Assembly: GCF_001949145.1 (NCBI RefSeq)
Contig: NW_019091359.1
Coordinates: 3,894,460 to 3,958,459 of the forward strand
Reading direction: 5' to 3'
From: Acanthaster planci
Taxonomy: Eukaryota
DNA length: 64,000 bases
The notes under the pieces were generated by a model that was not told the origin of the DNA, did no database searches, and saw only the letters and a program-made list of their open reading frames with translations. The position numbers were made by a program, and so were the translations under genes. How positions within the stretch are numbered: position 1 is the stretch's first letter; the number at the start of each line of letters is the position of its first letter. Below, piece after piece: positions 27,401 through 39,400 of this stretch.

Positions 27401-30400
27401 AGGCTAATAGAATTTCATTCTAAGCTCATGTACATGTGCACTGCACATGTAACAAACCCTCAGTAAACAGTTAAATTGCTGTGACTCAGTGTTTATTAGG
27501 CACACATTCCTAAAGAATTGGACAGGAAGGTAGAACAATTCTTGTACAAAGTTCTTTTATTATGTACATGTATAAGCTTATTGAAACCTACGTACAGGTA
27601 CATGTACATGTACATTAAATTTGTACCTGTATTTATATGTACAAACACAGGGGAACCACAGAATTTTTCATTTGTACAATGTTCATGTACGTTACACGTT
27701 CATGTACCCGGTACATGTACATAACATGTATGTTGTTGAAATTACATTGCCTTTTGAGACTGTAAATCTAACCCTGGTCCTGCTGAACCCGACAAGGCCC
27801 AGCATGCAATATGCTGATGTGAGCAGGGAACAAAAAGTGTTTTGTTCTAATCATAAAGATTGTACATGTATTTACTTCATTTTTATTCGTGATACAATGC
27901 ATGTGTGTGGTAGCTTTGGATGTGGTACTGGTAAATCCCTATATATAGGGATTTATTGCTTGGGGTGTATACAGTACATGTACATTACAGTTGAAAGTTA
28001 ACATTGGAAAGGAACATTCTTGTCACATTTTCTCCTCCCAGGGAATTCATCATCATTTCACAAAATGTGAAAATACCAGTATTTCCCAAGGTGGCGAAAC
28101 ATTTCACACCTTTTCACTTAAGTGAGAACACATTTCACACCTTTTCACACAAAGGGGATAAAACGTTTTCATGCCATTTCAGACAAGTGGGAAAATTTTC
28201 CACACCTTCACAAAAGTGTAACAACATCTTCATACCTTTTTACACAATGGAAAAGATTTTCATTTTCATTTTACTCTTCATGTACATGTACTTTAAGTAG
28301 GAAAACAGTTTCATGCCTTTCAAACAAGTGAAAAAATTTTCATGACTTACGAATGGGACTGTGAAGGGGAATTTTTTTTCATAAACTTCCTTATTACCAT
28401 TTATAGCATTTACAGTACTTGCAATTGCATTGGACGTGACAGAGTACACAGTATAGGGTTAGGGTATGTTACAGGTTTGAACTTTTCTGTTTTGTTCTAA
28501 TCTAATCTTAATTTTCCCTTGAACTTGCAGTTATATGCAACTAGTGGAGAGTCTACCCACATACGGAGTGCACTTCTATGAGCTCAAGGATAAAACTGGT
28601 ATCCCATGGTGGTTGGGACTTAGTTACAAGGGCATTGGCCAGTATGATATAAAAGATAGACTCACACCAAGAAAGGTAAGCTTTCTTTCCTCGCCAGAGG
28701 ATTATCATCCTAGACGCAAGCTGCATGTAAATGTACGGTATGCTCAGTTTCACTGATTCATCGTTCTATTTTTGTAAATGTGAATCAAGTTTGTTGATGT
28801 ACTTTGCTTTTTTAGTTACAAAATATGGCCATAAGTGATAATTCCGGAATTTGAAACAATGTGAAAGTGTTTTGTTTCATATTTGATTCGTTTGCTGGGG
28901 AAAACAAATGGAATGCAGCATGTCATTTCTTCCTTACATGCATCACTTGCATGTACATTGTATATAGCATCACTTTTGTAATAACATTCGAAGCTGTGAA
29001 CATTCCAAATGGGTATGTTGGTTTTGAAATACATATATTTATTTCATGGTTTAACTTTTCTTTATGCATTTGTGTTAGGTCTTCCAGTGGCGACAGCTAC
29101 AAAATATATACTATCGAGATCGAAAGTTTTACATTGAAGTCATAGACCCAAGAAGGTAAGGTGAACTTCAGTCAACAAAGTGTTTCAGTGAGACATGAAG
29201 TGATTTTTTTTGTCTAATATTGTCACCAGATTGAGCATACATGGCAACTCATTATTTTGTTTTACATGTGTTGTTTTACTGGTATCTGTTCTTTTGTTGA
29301 CAAGTAAAGATGCATGAAATGACCAACAACAGATCAATTGCACCTGCTAAGTCACAATCCGTTAAATCACGAGACCTATGGTGGGTATCAAACACCAGCA
29401 AACATAGCATCCTCCCATGCATGGCAAAGTGTGTCATAAGTGTCATTTACCAAAAAATAATGCAGATGATTGGTAAGGTACTCAGACTACTGATTTGTTG
29501 AGCATTATACTCCAAAATTGGCTTTACTTTTGGCAAACAATGCTTATGACACACTTTGCTATGGAAGGACACCATGTTGTTGATGTTTGATACCCACTAT
29601 AGGTCATGTGACTTAGTGGATGCAGTCAGTCTATTTGTGTCATCAAAGGGATGTATTTTTGTCTTTTAATGATTTCCTGATGTGATTTTATTGAAGTAGA
29701 GAACAATTACTTACAGTAACTCTGTCATAAGTGGCCTCTTCTGAAGGTATTTTGCCATAATATACATAAATGTACATGTGCATGCAAGTAATTGATAATT
29801 ATTACATTTTTATCATGAATGTTGAAATAATTAATTTGCATGAATGAAGTATAATGTACTGGTATGTGTACGTAAGTTGAGTTTGTCATACATGTGTATT
29901 TTTATTTGTTTGATTTGTTGCCTTCTTTGATTTGCATCTTGACCTTTCACCCAACCTGACATGACCCCCCCAGAGTTGTACACACTTTGAGCAATCTGAA
30001 CCTGTATGAGGAGTCATTAGAGGAGGACATATATGATGAATTGTCAGATGCTATTGCGGATCCAACAACCCAGTAAGTGACTAAGGGTCTGAAAGTACTT
30101 CCAGGATGATGTAGGATAATACATGGTTTACATGTTGAAAATGGGAAAAATTGGGGCCATTTTCCTCACCAAGGTCATACCATTAAGGAGGGGGGGAGAA
30201 CAGTCGTTTAAAAAAAAACCAAAAAATGTTTAGTTGTGTCTAGATGCATAAAATGAACTTAATCAGGGCATATTGATCAGTAACAGGGATGTATTTTGAT
30301 CATTGTAATTTTTCTACATAGTATTCTCATTTATCCATTTGTCCAAGTGGATTTAGATCTCAAGAAAACTGCAAAAACAAATTGTTTTTCATGCTTTGTT

Positions 30401-33400
30401 AATTCTTTTTTTTCATTTTGAAAGTCCTTTCAGTTTCCTGACAAGCATGATTTATTACATATCAGTAGTGAATGTTATGGCTACCTCGCATGAAAAGGAA
30501 AACAGTTCAATAGACAGAATTGACCTATGACCTTTTCTCTTTGTTGTGTCAGGAAGAAAAAACTTAAACATTTGACAAAACGGTTTATCCATTGTACATG
30601 TAGCTCAGTCGGTTGTAAAGCACCTTTGACATGCAGGCTGCCGGTATTAAAGCTTGTGATTGTTGCCTGCCTCTGAGCTTGTCAGAGGGCAGATAATCCA
30701 CACTCATTGCTGTGGGTCTTATAGAGTGGTTGAACCAAGCAGTTGCTTGCATAGTACCGTACATGCAAGCTGTTGATGATGCATTATCCTCATTATTTCT
30801 TGTATGAAAACTTGATTGCTTAGAAACCAGAGAATTCATTAACAGTCAGTTTGATCTTTTAATTGATTGGTTTATTTGGCTGGTGATTGAGTGACTTCCA
30901 ACAATGAGCATAGACTGTACATTTACTTATATTTCAACAAATGCTCTACATGTGCATATTTTCATATACTGAGCTCAGTAACCCTGACATTTGATATTCT
31001 GGGAATATGGAGCTTGAATGAAAGGGAAACTACATACAAGTTTACAATGGATACTGGTTAATACTTCAAATTTGTTTTCTTTGTTTGGCACAGAGTTTCT
31101 GTGAGCAAACGAACCTTTGGTGCTGCTAATTCTACCATCCATGCCTGGTATGGCTCACCAGTAATGGTCAAGTCCATGTGGACAATGGCAGTTAGACAAC
31201 ATCAGTTTTACTTGGATAAGAAACACAGCAAGGTGAGAGTTGGACAAAGGGATGGAGTTTAGGGTTTGTAAGAAACTTAAAGGGAAGGAGGTTATAATGG
31301 TCAGATTTGGGATAGTGTAAGTTGGCTCTGGAGACATGGAAAGATTTCATCAACATCAGCCTACAGCCTGGATCTTTGAAATGCTGGAACAATTGAGTCC
31401 CCGAGGTAATGTGTGCTGATTAAGAACTTTGCATTCTCGTGCCTATCTTGAATGGGGAAAGAGTTTTGGATTAATCATTCTGATATGGAAATGAAGTAAT
31501 CAATCACATGCTTTGTCATTGTGTGCACAGTCAGAGACTGGAACAGACAGACAGAAAAATTCTTATCATGTGCAAATATATATTAAAGACTAAGCCACAT
31601 GAAGAGGTTAGATGGTCTAGCTTTATCTGTCAATTTGTGCATTGGAAAATTTTATTGGACATGGAAGACCTGAGAAATTATTTTGTTTGTCTCAACAAAG
31701 ATCATATGTCATTAAAGTGCAAATGCTAGTCATGTCTGTTGCCAGTGTGCAGGACTGTATTCACTTTTTGTTCATGCTCTGATGTAACTTTTTCTCTGTA
31801 TTGAGTTTCAATATTTCTGAAAGCAGTGTTCCCCTTCTGAAGTCAAGGCCTCTTAAAAGCTCACATTTGATATGAAGGTTATTTGAAGTAAGGTTTTAGG
31901 TCTGACATATCAGACATCTCTTGAGCTGTCTTGAGTCTGTCTCCCTGCTTGAGTTGTTTTCATCATTTTTGTCATTGTGTTGTTCACTTTCTGGATTTCA
32001 TCATTAAAGAGTACTTGTATTTCAATAGGTATTTTTTTAAAATAACGCATCTTTTAAGTCTGTCTTTTTTAAAAACTGGAAATTATCTTTACTTCTAAAT
32101 TATTCTTTCAAGTTTGCTCAGTTTCCTTTCTGAATGCAAACCATTTAACCCACTTACATGTAAATGGCATAATACATGGAATACATGTCCTTCAATTATG
32201 TTGTCTTGTTTTGCCAAGTATGGTAGGTTGAATAACGCACAGATCTGTCTGTTGGCTTGCTTGATGGTTGATGTCTATTTAATTATGTATTTTAAGATAT
32301 CATCACCTTTGAAATAATTCATTGCAACAGCTATAATCCTGCCATGTTTTATTGATGTCCAGTCACCGGTGGTCTCCATATTAAAATGTCCAAAGGTGGT
32401 CAGAGTTGTTAATTGCTACCCCTCTAGGACCCTCATAACTTCATATGTTTGTCTTTTTATGTTTACATGTATATTTGCTTTTTAAAATTGTTGTAAAGCA
32501 CTTTGAGCATCCTTTGGGATGGATTTTGGCACTATATACTGGTAAATATTCACTTATACTTTACAATTGATCCTGTTAATCATGGACTGAGATACTTTTT
32601 TGAGATGAATCATGGGCACTGTGGAATCCAGCTCAAATGTGCTTGATAACAATTGGTGTAAATAAAAAAAGGTTCGATTTGACTGCCAGTTTCCAACTAC
32701 TAACTGGTGTTGCTTATGTGAGATGATCTTTTCATTTTATGATTGGTTTGCTCATGGCTTTCATTCTATTATCCCAAATCAGGAGCGATACCCAGCACAA
32801 CGGAGCTTCAATCAGATTGCCAACGAGCTGACGACGAGTACCAATTCCTTAACACCATCCCAAACCTCTGAGATGAGCGAGGAGCAGACAGAGGGAGAGG
32901 GCACTAATATCACCCTTTTGAAGGATGCAAAGGAAGCTTGTGAGTCAATGAATGAGTCTCTTGGAAAGATCTTAACAGTCTTTGTAATAGAGTTACTTAT
33001 AGATGATGCGCTGTCTTATGGATTAGCATTGGGCAAAGAATGAAAATGAAAAATGCAGCAGCAAGATTGATTTTGTGACTTGAAAGCTAGATCGGGGTGC
33101 TACAAAGTTACGAGCCCACAGATATTGTACATGTACCTCAATGTTGTTGGCTGCAACAGCTTGTCAGAATGTGCTGTAAAGGAATTTAAAATACTTTCAG
33201 ATTGAATCAAATTCTGCAGAAATCTTACGTACACACGTATGAAATTTTATTAAAAATTTAACATATTGCATAAGGCACAAAATTCATACATGGCCATACA
33301 CTGCTTCCCAAGCATGGGTTTCCAATATCACCAGCCAGAGTTAATGAGTGATGAAATTAATCACTTCAGGATTTGTGGTGACTGACATACAACCCTTCAC

Positions 33401-36400
33401 ACTGAATGCTTCCTCAGTGATGCATAACGCATTTAATTCCCATATTGTCAATCATTTGTGATTGAATTTTTGTTCTTCATTTTCCTGGCAGCCTCTCGAG
33501 AGCTGCTGGCCATTGAAGGCGAGGTTGCTCGTAAGGAACTGGTCGAGGCACTTAAAGCTCGTAAGGTGGTGCTTCAAGACACGCTCCAGGAGAAACTAGA
33601 AAACTTGAGACAGCTGTGCCTCAAGGAAGCTGTGAGTTAAAGGGCCCTTAATTTAGAATTTAATTGAGTAATCTTTAACAAAATTATACCAAAGAATTAC
33701 TTGAACAGATCAGTTTTAGAGTGTTCTGTGAGTTGCTCTGGTCAAAGTAGCAGTTGATTGTTTTAGCATGACAAAAGTTTAAGTTATGTTTCCAGTGATT
33801 TTCATTTTCTGATAAAATGGTCAATTCTTATGGAATCTTTCCCTCATTGCTGGACTGTGTGAAATTTCACTCTGTAAACAGACTGCTTTGATGGCTTGTC
33901 AGTTAATTAAGTTACAATCACTTCCCGTTACCAGTATCTTGATAGCCATCTGGCAAAGCCATCAAGAGTGCTTATTGCATTTGAGATATATTATCAATGA
34001 TGAGTACATGTATCTCTGTAATCTATATATTTTGTCCTTCCCTCTTTAGCTAAATAAGATTGCAGATTTCCTGATTTTTGTGAGACAATTTCAGGCTCTT
34101 TGTTTAGATGTTACCAAGGATTCTTTGATGTACACTTACCACTGAAGTTGATGTACAATTCCAGCTGTACACATTTGATTTCCCTCCCAGAATTTGACAG
34201 ATGTATTTCTTCTTCCATTAGGAGATAACAGGAGAGTTGCCTATTGAGTATCCACGCATACCTGGTGAGCCTCTACCACGTCCCAAGACAAGAGTTACAA
34301 CAGCCTTCACTCTCTCAGATAAGACAGTTAACACACCAGAGAGTCATGAAGAAGTAAGAGTCTTTTAATGTTGTTAACTTGATAAAAGCTGTGTGCAGAA
34401 GTTGTGCGTGTAATTTTTGTCCGTCTCTCTTCAGCTGCAGATAAAGATAGTAACCTTCCTGTAAAATTACATTTCAGTCAGAATTTGCTTACATTGTCAT
34501 TTTGGTGTCAGAGTTCTGTAGAGCAAAACCCAGTACTAAGAATGTGTGACTCATTTATGTACATAGCTTCACCCAGCTCAGAAAAAGGGCAAGATTCCCA
34601 AATATAATGATCAGTAAAAATTAGAAACACTATTGACATGTGATATTGGCCTTTTTGGTTTGACTGTTGTTACTGGAGGGTTTTGTGCTGGAAGTCAACT
34701 TCAGTTTCTATTGATGTTTCAGACAATGTTTTGTAAGAGCATTGTTTTGTATCTGAGTGACTACATTTTGTGAGATAAACACTGCTCATATTTGATGTCC
34801 ATTCCCATAAGTGAGTAAGCTGTGGTCGTTATCATTTTGGTTGGCATTCAGGATGAAGGCTTATCCCGGCTTGAAGGAGAGTATGAAATACAGTCTAAAA
34901 TCACTACAGCGGCCATGAAACTTGCTAATGATCCAACCATCAGTAAGAAGGTTCGCAAGACACGTCGAGATTCCTACAAGAAGTCTGCCCAGAGGGTAAG
35001 TATCAATTTTAAGACTAGGTCAGGATGTTGTGGTATTGTTGGCTCAGATCCAGAGGAATCAGCTTTTCTGTCGGATATTATGTAAAACCTTTAACCATTC
35101 TAAGTCTCTTTGTCAAATAAAACATAAGGCGTTTGTTTTCTTGTATCTGTTGGTAGTTGTCTTTTGACTTTTGCAATTAATTTAATAAGTGAAATTACTA
35201 GAACAGTATCAGTTTGATAAAGTTAAATGCCTAGTCATAAAGTTGCATTCGTTATCTGTGAACATTGAATCCAGATTGCTTTAAGAATTCATACTAAGTG
35301 AACATCTTTTTGGTATGCTTCAGCTTAACAGTATTGAAGTGCAGCTGATTGACCTCCGTCGCAAACTTGGACTAGAATTGGCAGAACCATCTCCTGAGAA
35401 AAGAGCACTGGAAGAGTACAATAGCATGAACCGCTCAGGCCGCAAAGCTAGCACGCCCCATACTCCACCGACATCAAGGTTGGGTTTTGGGTTCATGTCA
35501 GAGCGGGGAAGGACTAAAACTTTAGATGACAAAAAGGGGGCCAGGATACGTTCCAAGAGTGTTCCGCGCCAACTGCTGAATGGAGGCTGGAGATCTCCAT
35601 CGCAGAGCAGAAAAAGTAAGGATAAAGGTCAGACACCAGTAGAGATTTATTCAGATACACCACCAAAAGATTCACCGAAGGCATATAAGAAGAGTGATTC
35701 TAAGAAGTCATCTCGTGTCAAGAAACCACCTGTGAGTTCTTACCAGTCAGAAACTAATCTGCAGACTAGCAGTGATTTAATGAATGGACCTCGCCAAATC
35801 CGATCAAATAGTATGAGTAGTAAGGATAGCTATCATTCACATCGATCTGTGGACTACGTTGAAAATCAGCGGCAACCCTCCTACGCGAAGACTCCTGTTG
35901 GATATTCAGACACTTTTAGCAAGAGCACACCCACATTGAACTTGCAGGGGGAGACTTCTGGTGCTGATTCACCACGTCGTCACAGAAACCCGTCAAACTC
36001 TGGATCAAGTGGCAGTAGCTCAGCACGGGGGCCACCGCCATCGTATCATAACAGCACTGCGTGTAGATCACTGAATAGGACTGGGCGATACTATGAGTCC
36101 CCTGAGCTGAGCTCTTCACGGAGAGATTACGACTCCCCACGTTTAGGACATCATGCTGCATCGTTACATGACTTGCAGTTATCATCAGCACACCGTGAGC
36201 TCCCTGAGTTTGATGATGACCTTGAATATCACCAACAACCAACTTCCCTTAGCCAGCCTGCTTCACCAAAGAAGCACCATTCCCTTGGAAATCTGAATCT
36301 GAAATCTGGTAGTGTTCCTGGCCCTCAGGACATAGAGGAACAGAACTCTGCTGCTTATACTCCGTATCGGAGTCGGACGCAGTACCGATCACAGCAGTAC

Positions 36401-39400
36401 CAAAACTATGCTAGTCGGTTGCAGGGCCCAAAGAAGTTTGAATTTGAGGAGGTCAACAATTACATTAATCAACCATATGACCCCCAGATGGACCAACATG
36501 ACCCACAGCAGAATCAATCTGTTTACCATGATCAGGTTGATTTCACTATTGATCAACCTGTCCCATCAGATCGTGGATCTGGTCACTCCTCACTGGTAGG
36601 TGACTTCCAGCCTGGAGCAACTCGTAATCGTCATCACTCCATCTCTTCCCAACAGTCCTCTAGTAGCCATTCATCCCATAGTTCATCTATGGCAATCCAG
36701 TTAGGTCCTGGCAGTGGGGGATCCCCATACCACTCTCAACGGACACCTGTCTACACCCATGTCTCTGAATATACCTCCAGCTATGCATCCATCTCACATA
36801 CCCCTTCCAATATAAATGTCTCAAGTCACAACATGAGTGCACATTCACAGTCTATGACATTATACCAGGAACCTCAGCCTGCAGATACTTACAGAACTGA
36901 ACCTAAACCTGCTGCTGTCTACCGCACTACATCATCAATGGTCTTAAGACCCCAGCAGACATTTGGTACAGGTATTGCCGTCAGTAAGGTCCATTATCAG
37001 CCAGTCACCCCCATGACATGTGAACCAGTGGCTCTTCACAAGAAACCAACCCATTCTGCTTCAACTAATAGGTGAGTAGTATTTAAAGTTGATAGTAGAA
37101 GGGCTGAGTTGGTATCTGAAAAGGGCATTTCTTCCAGAGTTATTTGATTCTTACAGCCAAAACTTTGATTTGAAACCACAACACTTTCTTATTTCTCATG
37201 TTCCCATTTTAAAGGTTGAATTATCATCTTGTCTGCAGAGCAATTGCAAATTAAAATGCTGTTGTACAGACAAGGGATTTGCTCTTGAACAAAGACACAA
37301 AAGGCATAAAACCAATTAATCTCAGAGTTCTACCACAAAATCTGTTTTGTATTTGCAATACTTTTTCTAACAGTTTTCAAAATCCAGGATCTTGTTTCTA
37401 GTTATGATAACATTGTGTGTGAAATGTTTAATAGGTATTTGTTGTTCCAGTTCTGTTCATGTGTTGTTGAAATGGCTACATTAACACCTGCTTTTTTTCC
37501 ATGCGTAAACTGTGTTTTATTTGCTCAAGTCTGTTTCATGTCTTTGATGATGTGTATTTTTTCCAAACTGTGTAATCATGAAGCATCTCTTCTTTCTTAA
37601 ATTCATCTCAAGAACTTCATTTAATTAACTTTCAGAATAACATGAAAGCAGAGGCAACCCTTGCATTCACACCCCTTTTCCCATTTCCGAAACCTTCACA
37701 GCATAAATTGATCAGCTACATGTAAGCAAAGCATACCTGTGAATTGGTCACAAGCAACACATGCTGCCATGGTACCGGTACCTGTAAACCTGTATTCGTA
37801 GCTGAACAAATTATTTCCTTTGTTTAAAATTTATTTATTTTTAGCAAAGTTCTTTCTTAAAAGCTTCATTACCATTACATGTAGCTCCTAATTTTGGCTT
37901 GTCACTCCACTAGGAATGCAGTGTCCTTTTTTGTGTCTAAAACTGATGTGAGTGTCCTTTACAAAATGAGAAAAACACAGCCTTGCCCTTTCTAGACATT
38001 ACTAACTCCAGAGTCAGTTACTAACTTTCAGAAGATGTTGAGGAATGCATGTGAAGACAATGTCTATATTGAAACTGTTACAGCATGAAAAGTAACACAC
38101 TTTGTTATCGTTCATGAATGGGGATTTGCAGTAACTCCCTAAACACTTTTTACTTGGTTAGGGAAATTAAAAAAAACACCAGTTATTTTGCTTATTATTC
38201 TGTTGCCTAGTAGTATCAGTCAACTGCACCAGTAGATTAACTACATGTAACTACATGTATAACATAATTGACGTTAGAAGAAGTATATGTGTACTGATGC
38301 AGTTTTGGAAAGTACATGTACATGTCCCTTAATTATATGTGCAAACAGTGTTGATGTCTCACACTTCTGCACTGTGTTGAGAGTGCTGTATGCTAGCAGT
38401 TTCAAGAAAAGCTTCATTGTTGCTTTTGTCTAGTAGCATCGTATACATGTACATATATGTTCAAGCATTCCCAATCCTTTGAGCTTCATTTTTGTTTGGG
38501 TGTATACTTTTATATGTTTAATGTTTTCTTTCCATAAAGAAATAATTATGCAAAGTCATAGTGTCTCTGACTTTGATCAAAAACTATGGTTAGCGTGACA
38601 GAGGGTACAGTAATATGGGTAACATTAGCATTAAATTGCCTGATTACAGCCTCATACAGTTATCTTGATATTATTATGCATTCTGGGAACATCTTCATGT
38701 CAAGTCATTCCTTGTGCAATGTACACATACATGTCATCACAGTGCAAAACACTGAAATATACTGAAAGTACATGTACATGTTCATTCATGCAGTTTACAT
38801 TGTCAACATGTTACAACTTTACGAGAAATTACGATTTACAATTACTGTCACAGAAGCATTCGAAGAAATCAGATAAAGCTTTTTATGAAGATGGAAATTT
38901 AACATTCCTAAATAATAATGGGTGATTTGCTATATGCTATACATGTTGTACTATTTAAATGCGCTATTTTATTTTTGATAAATACCTCTTAATTTGTGAG
39001 AGAAGAAGACATTCCCTTTTTGCACATGTACAGTAGCTTGTTATAATTGATTGCCAAAAGCTGCCACTAACCCATTGCATGCCATCTTGCCACAGCGCTG
39101 TCCTTCACTTACCCCCTCCCCCCACATTGTCTGTTGAACTCACAGCATGTTGCTCTGTCTTGTTTCTGGTTGTTTTTTATCCATTCACCTGATCTAGCCT
39201 TCCTTCGTTCACCGCTCTAGAAGGTAGATCCCATATGGTCCGACTGCATGAGGAGCGGCCCCCATCATATCAGAAGTAAGAATCTCAGTCATTTTGCCCA
39301 CTTTGTCAAGTTTTGTCTTTCAGATTTATTCATTTTTTTTTCAACATGGCTAGAAATTAATTTTAGCCATAAGGTACTATTAGTTGTTTGGCCATTTGTG

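Noticed and set aside
37072..37075. Stop at the end of the 586-aa ORF as the true FRMD4 end
   Set aside because: TGA lies inside a consensus AG|GTGAGT donor, and a phase-matched terminal exon ending GTLV exists at 42818.
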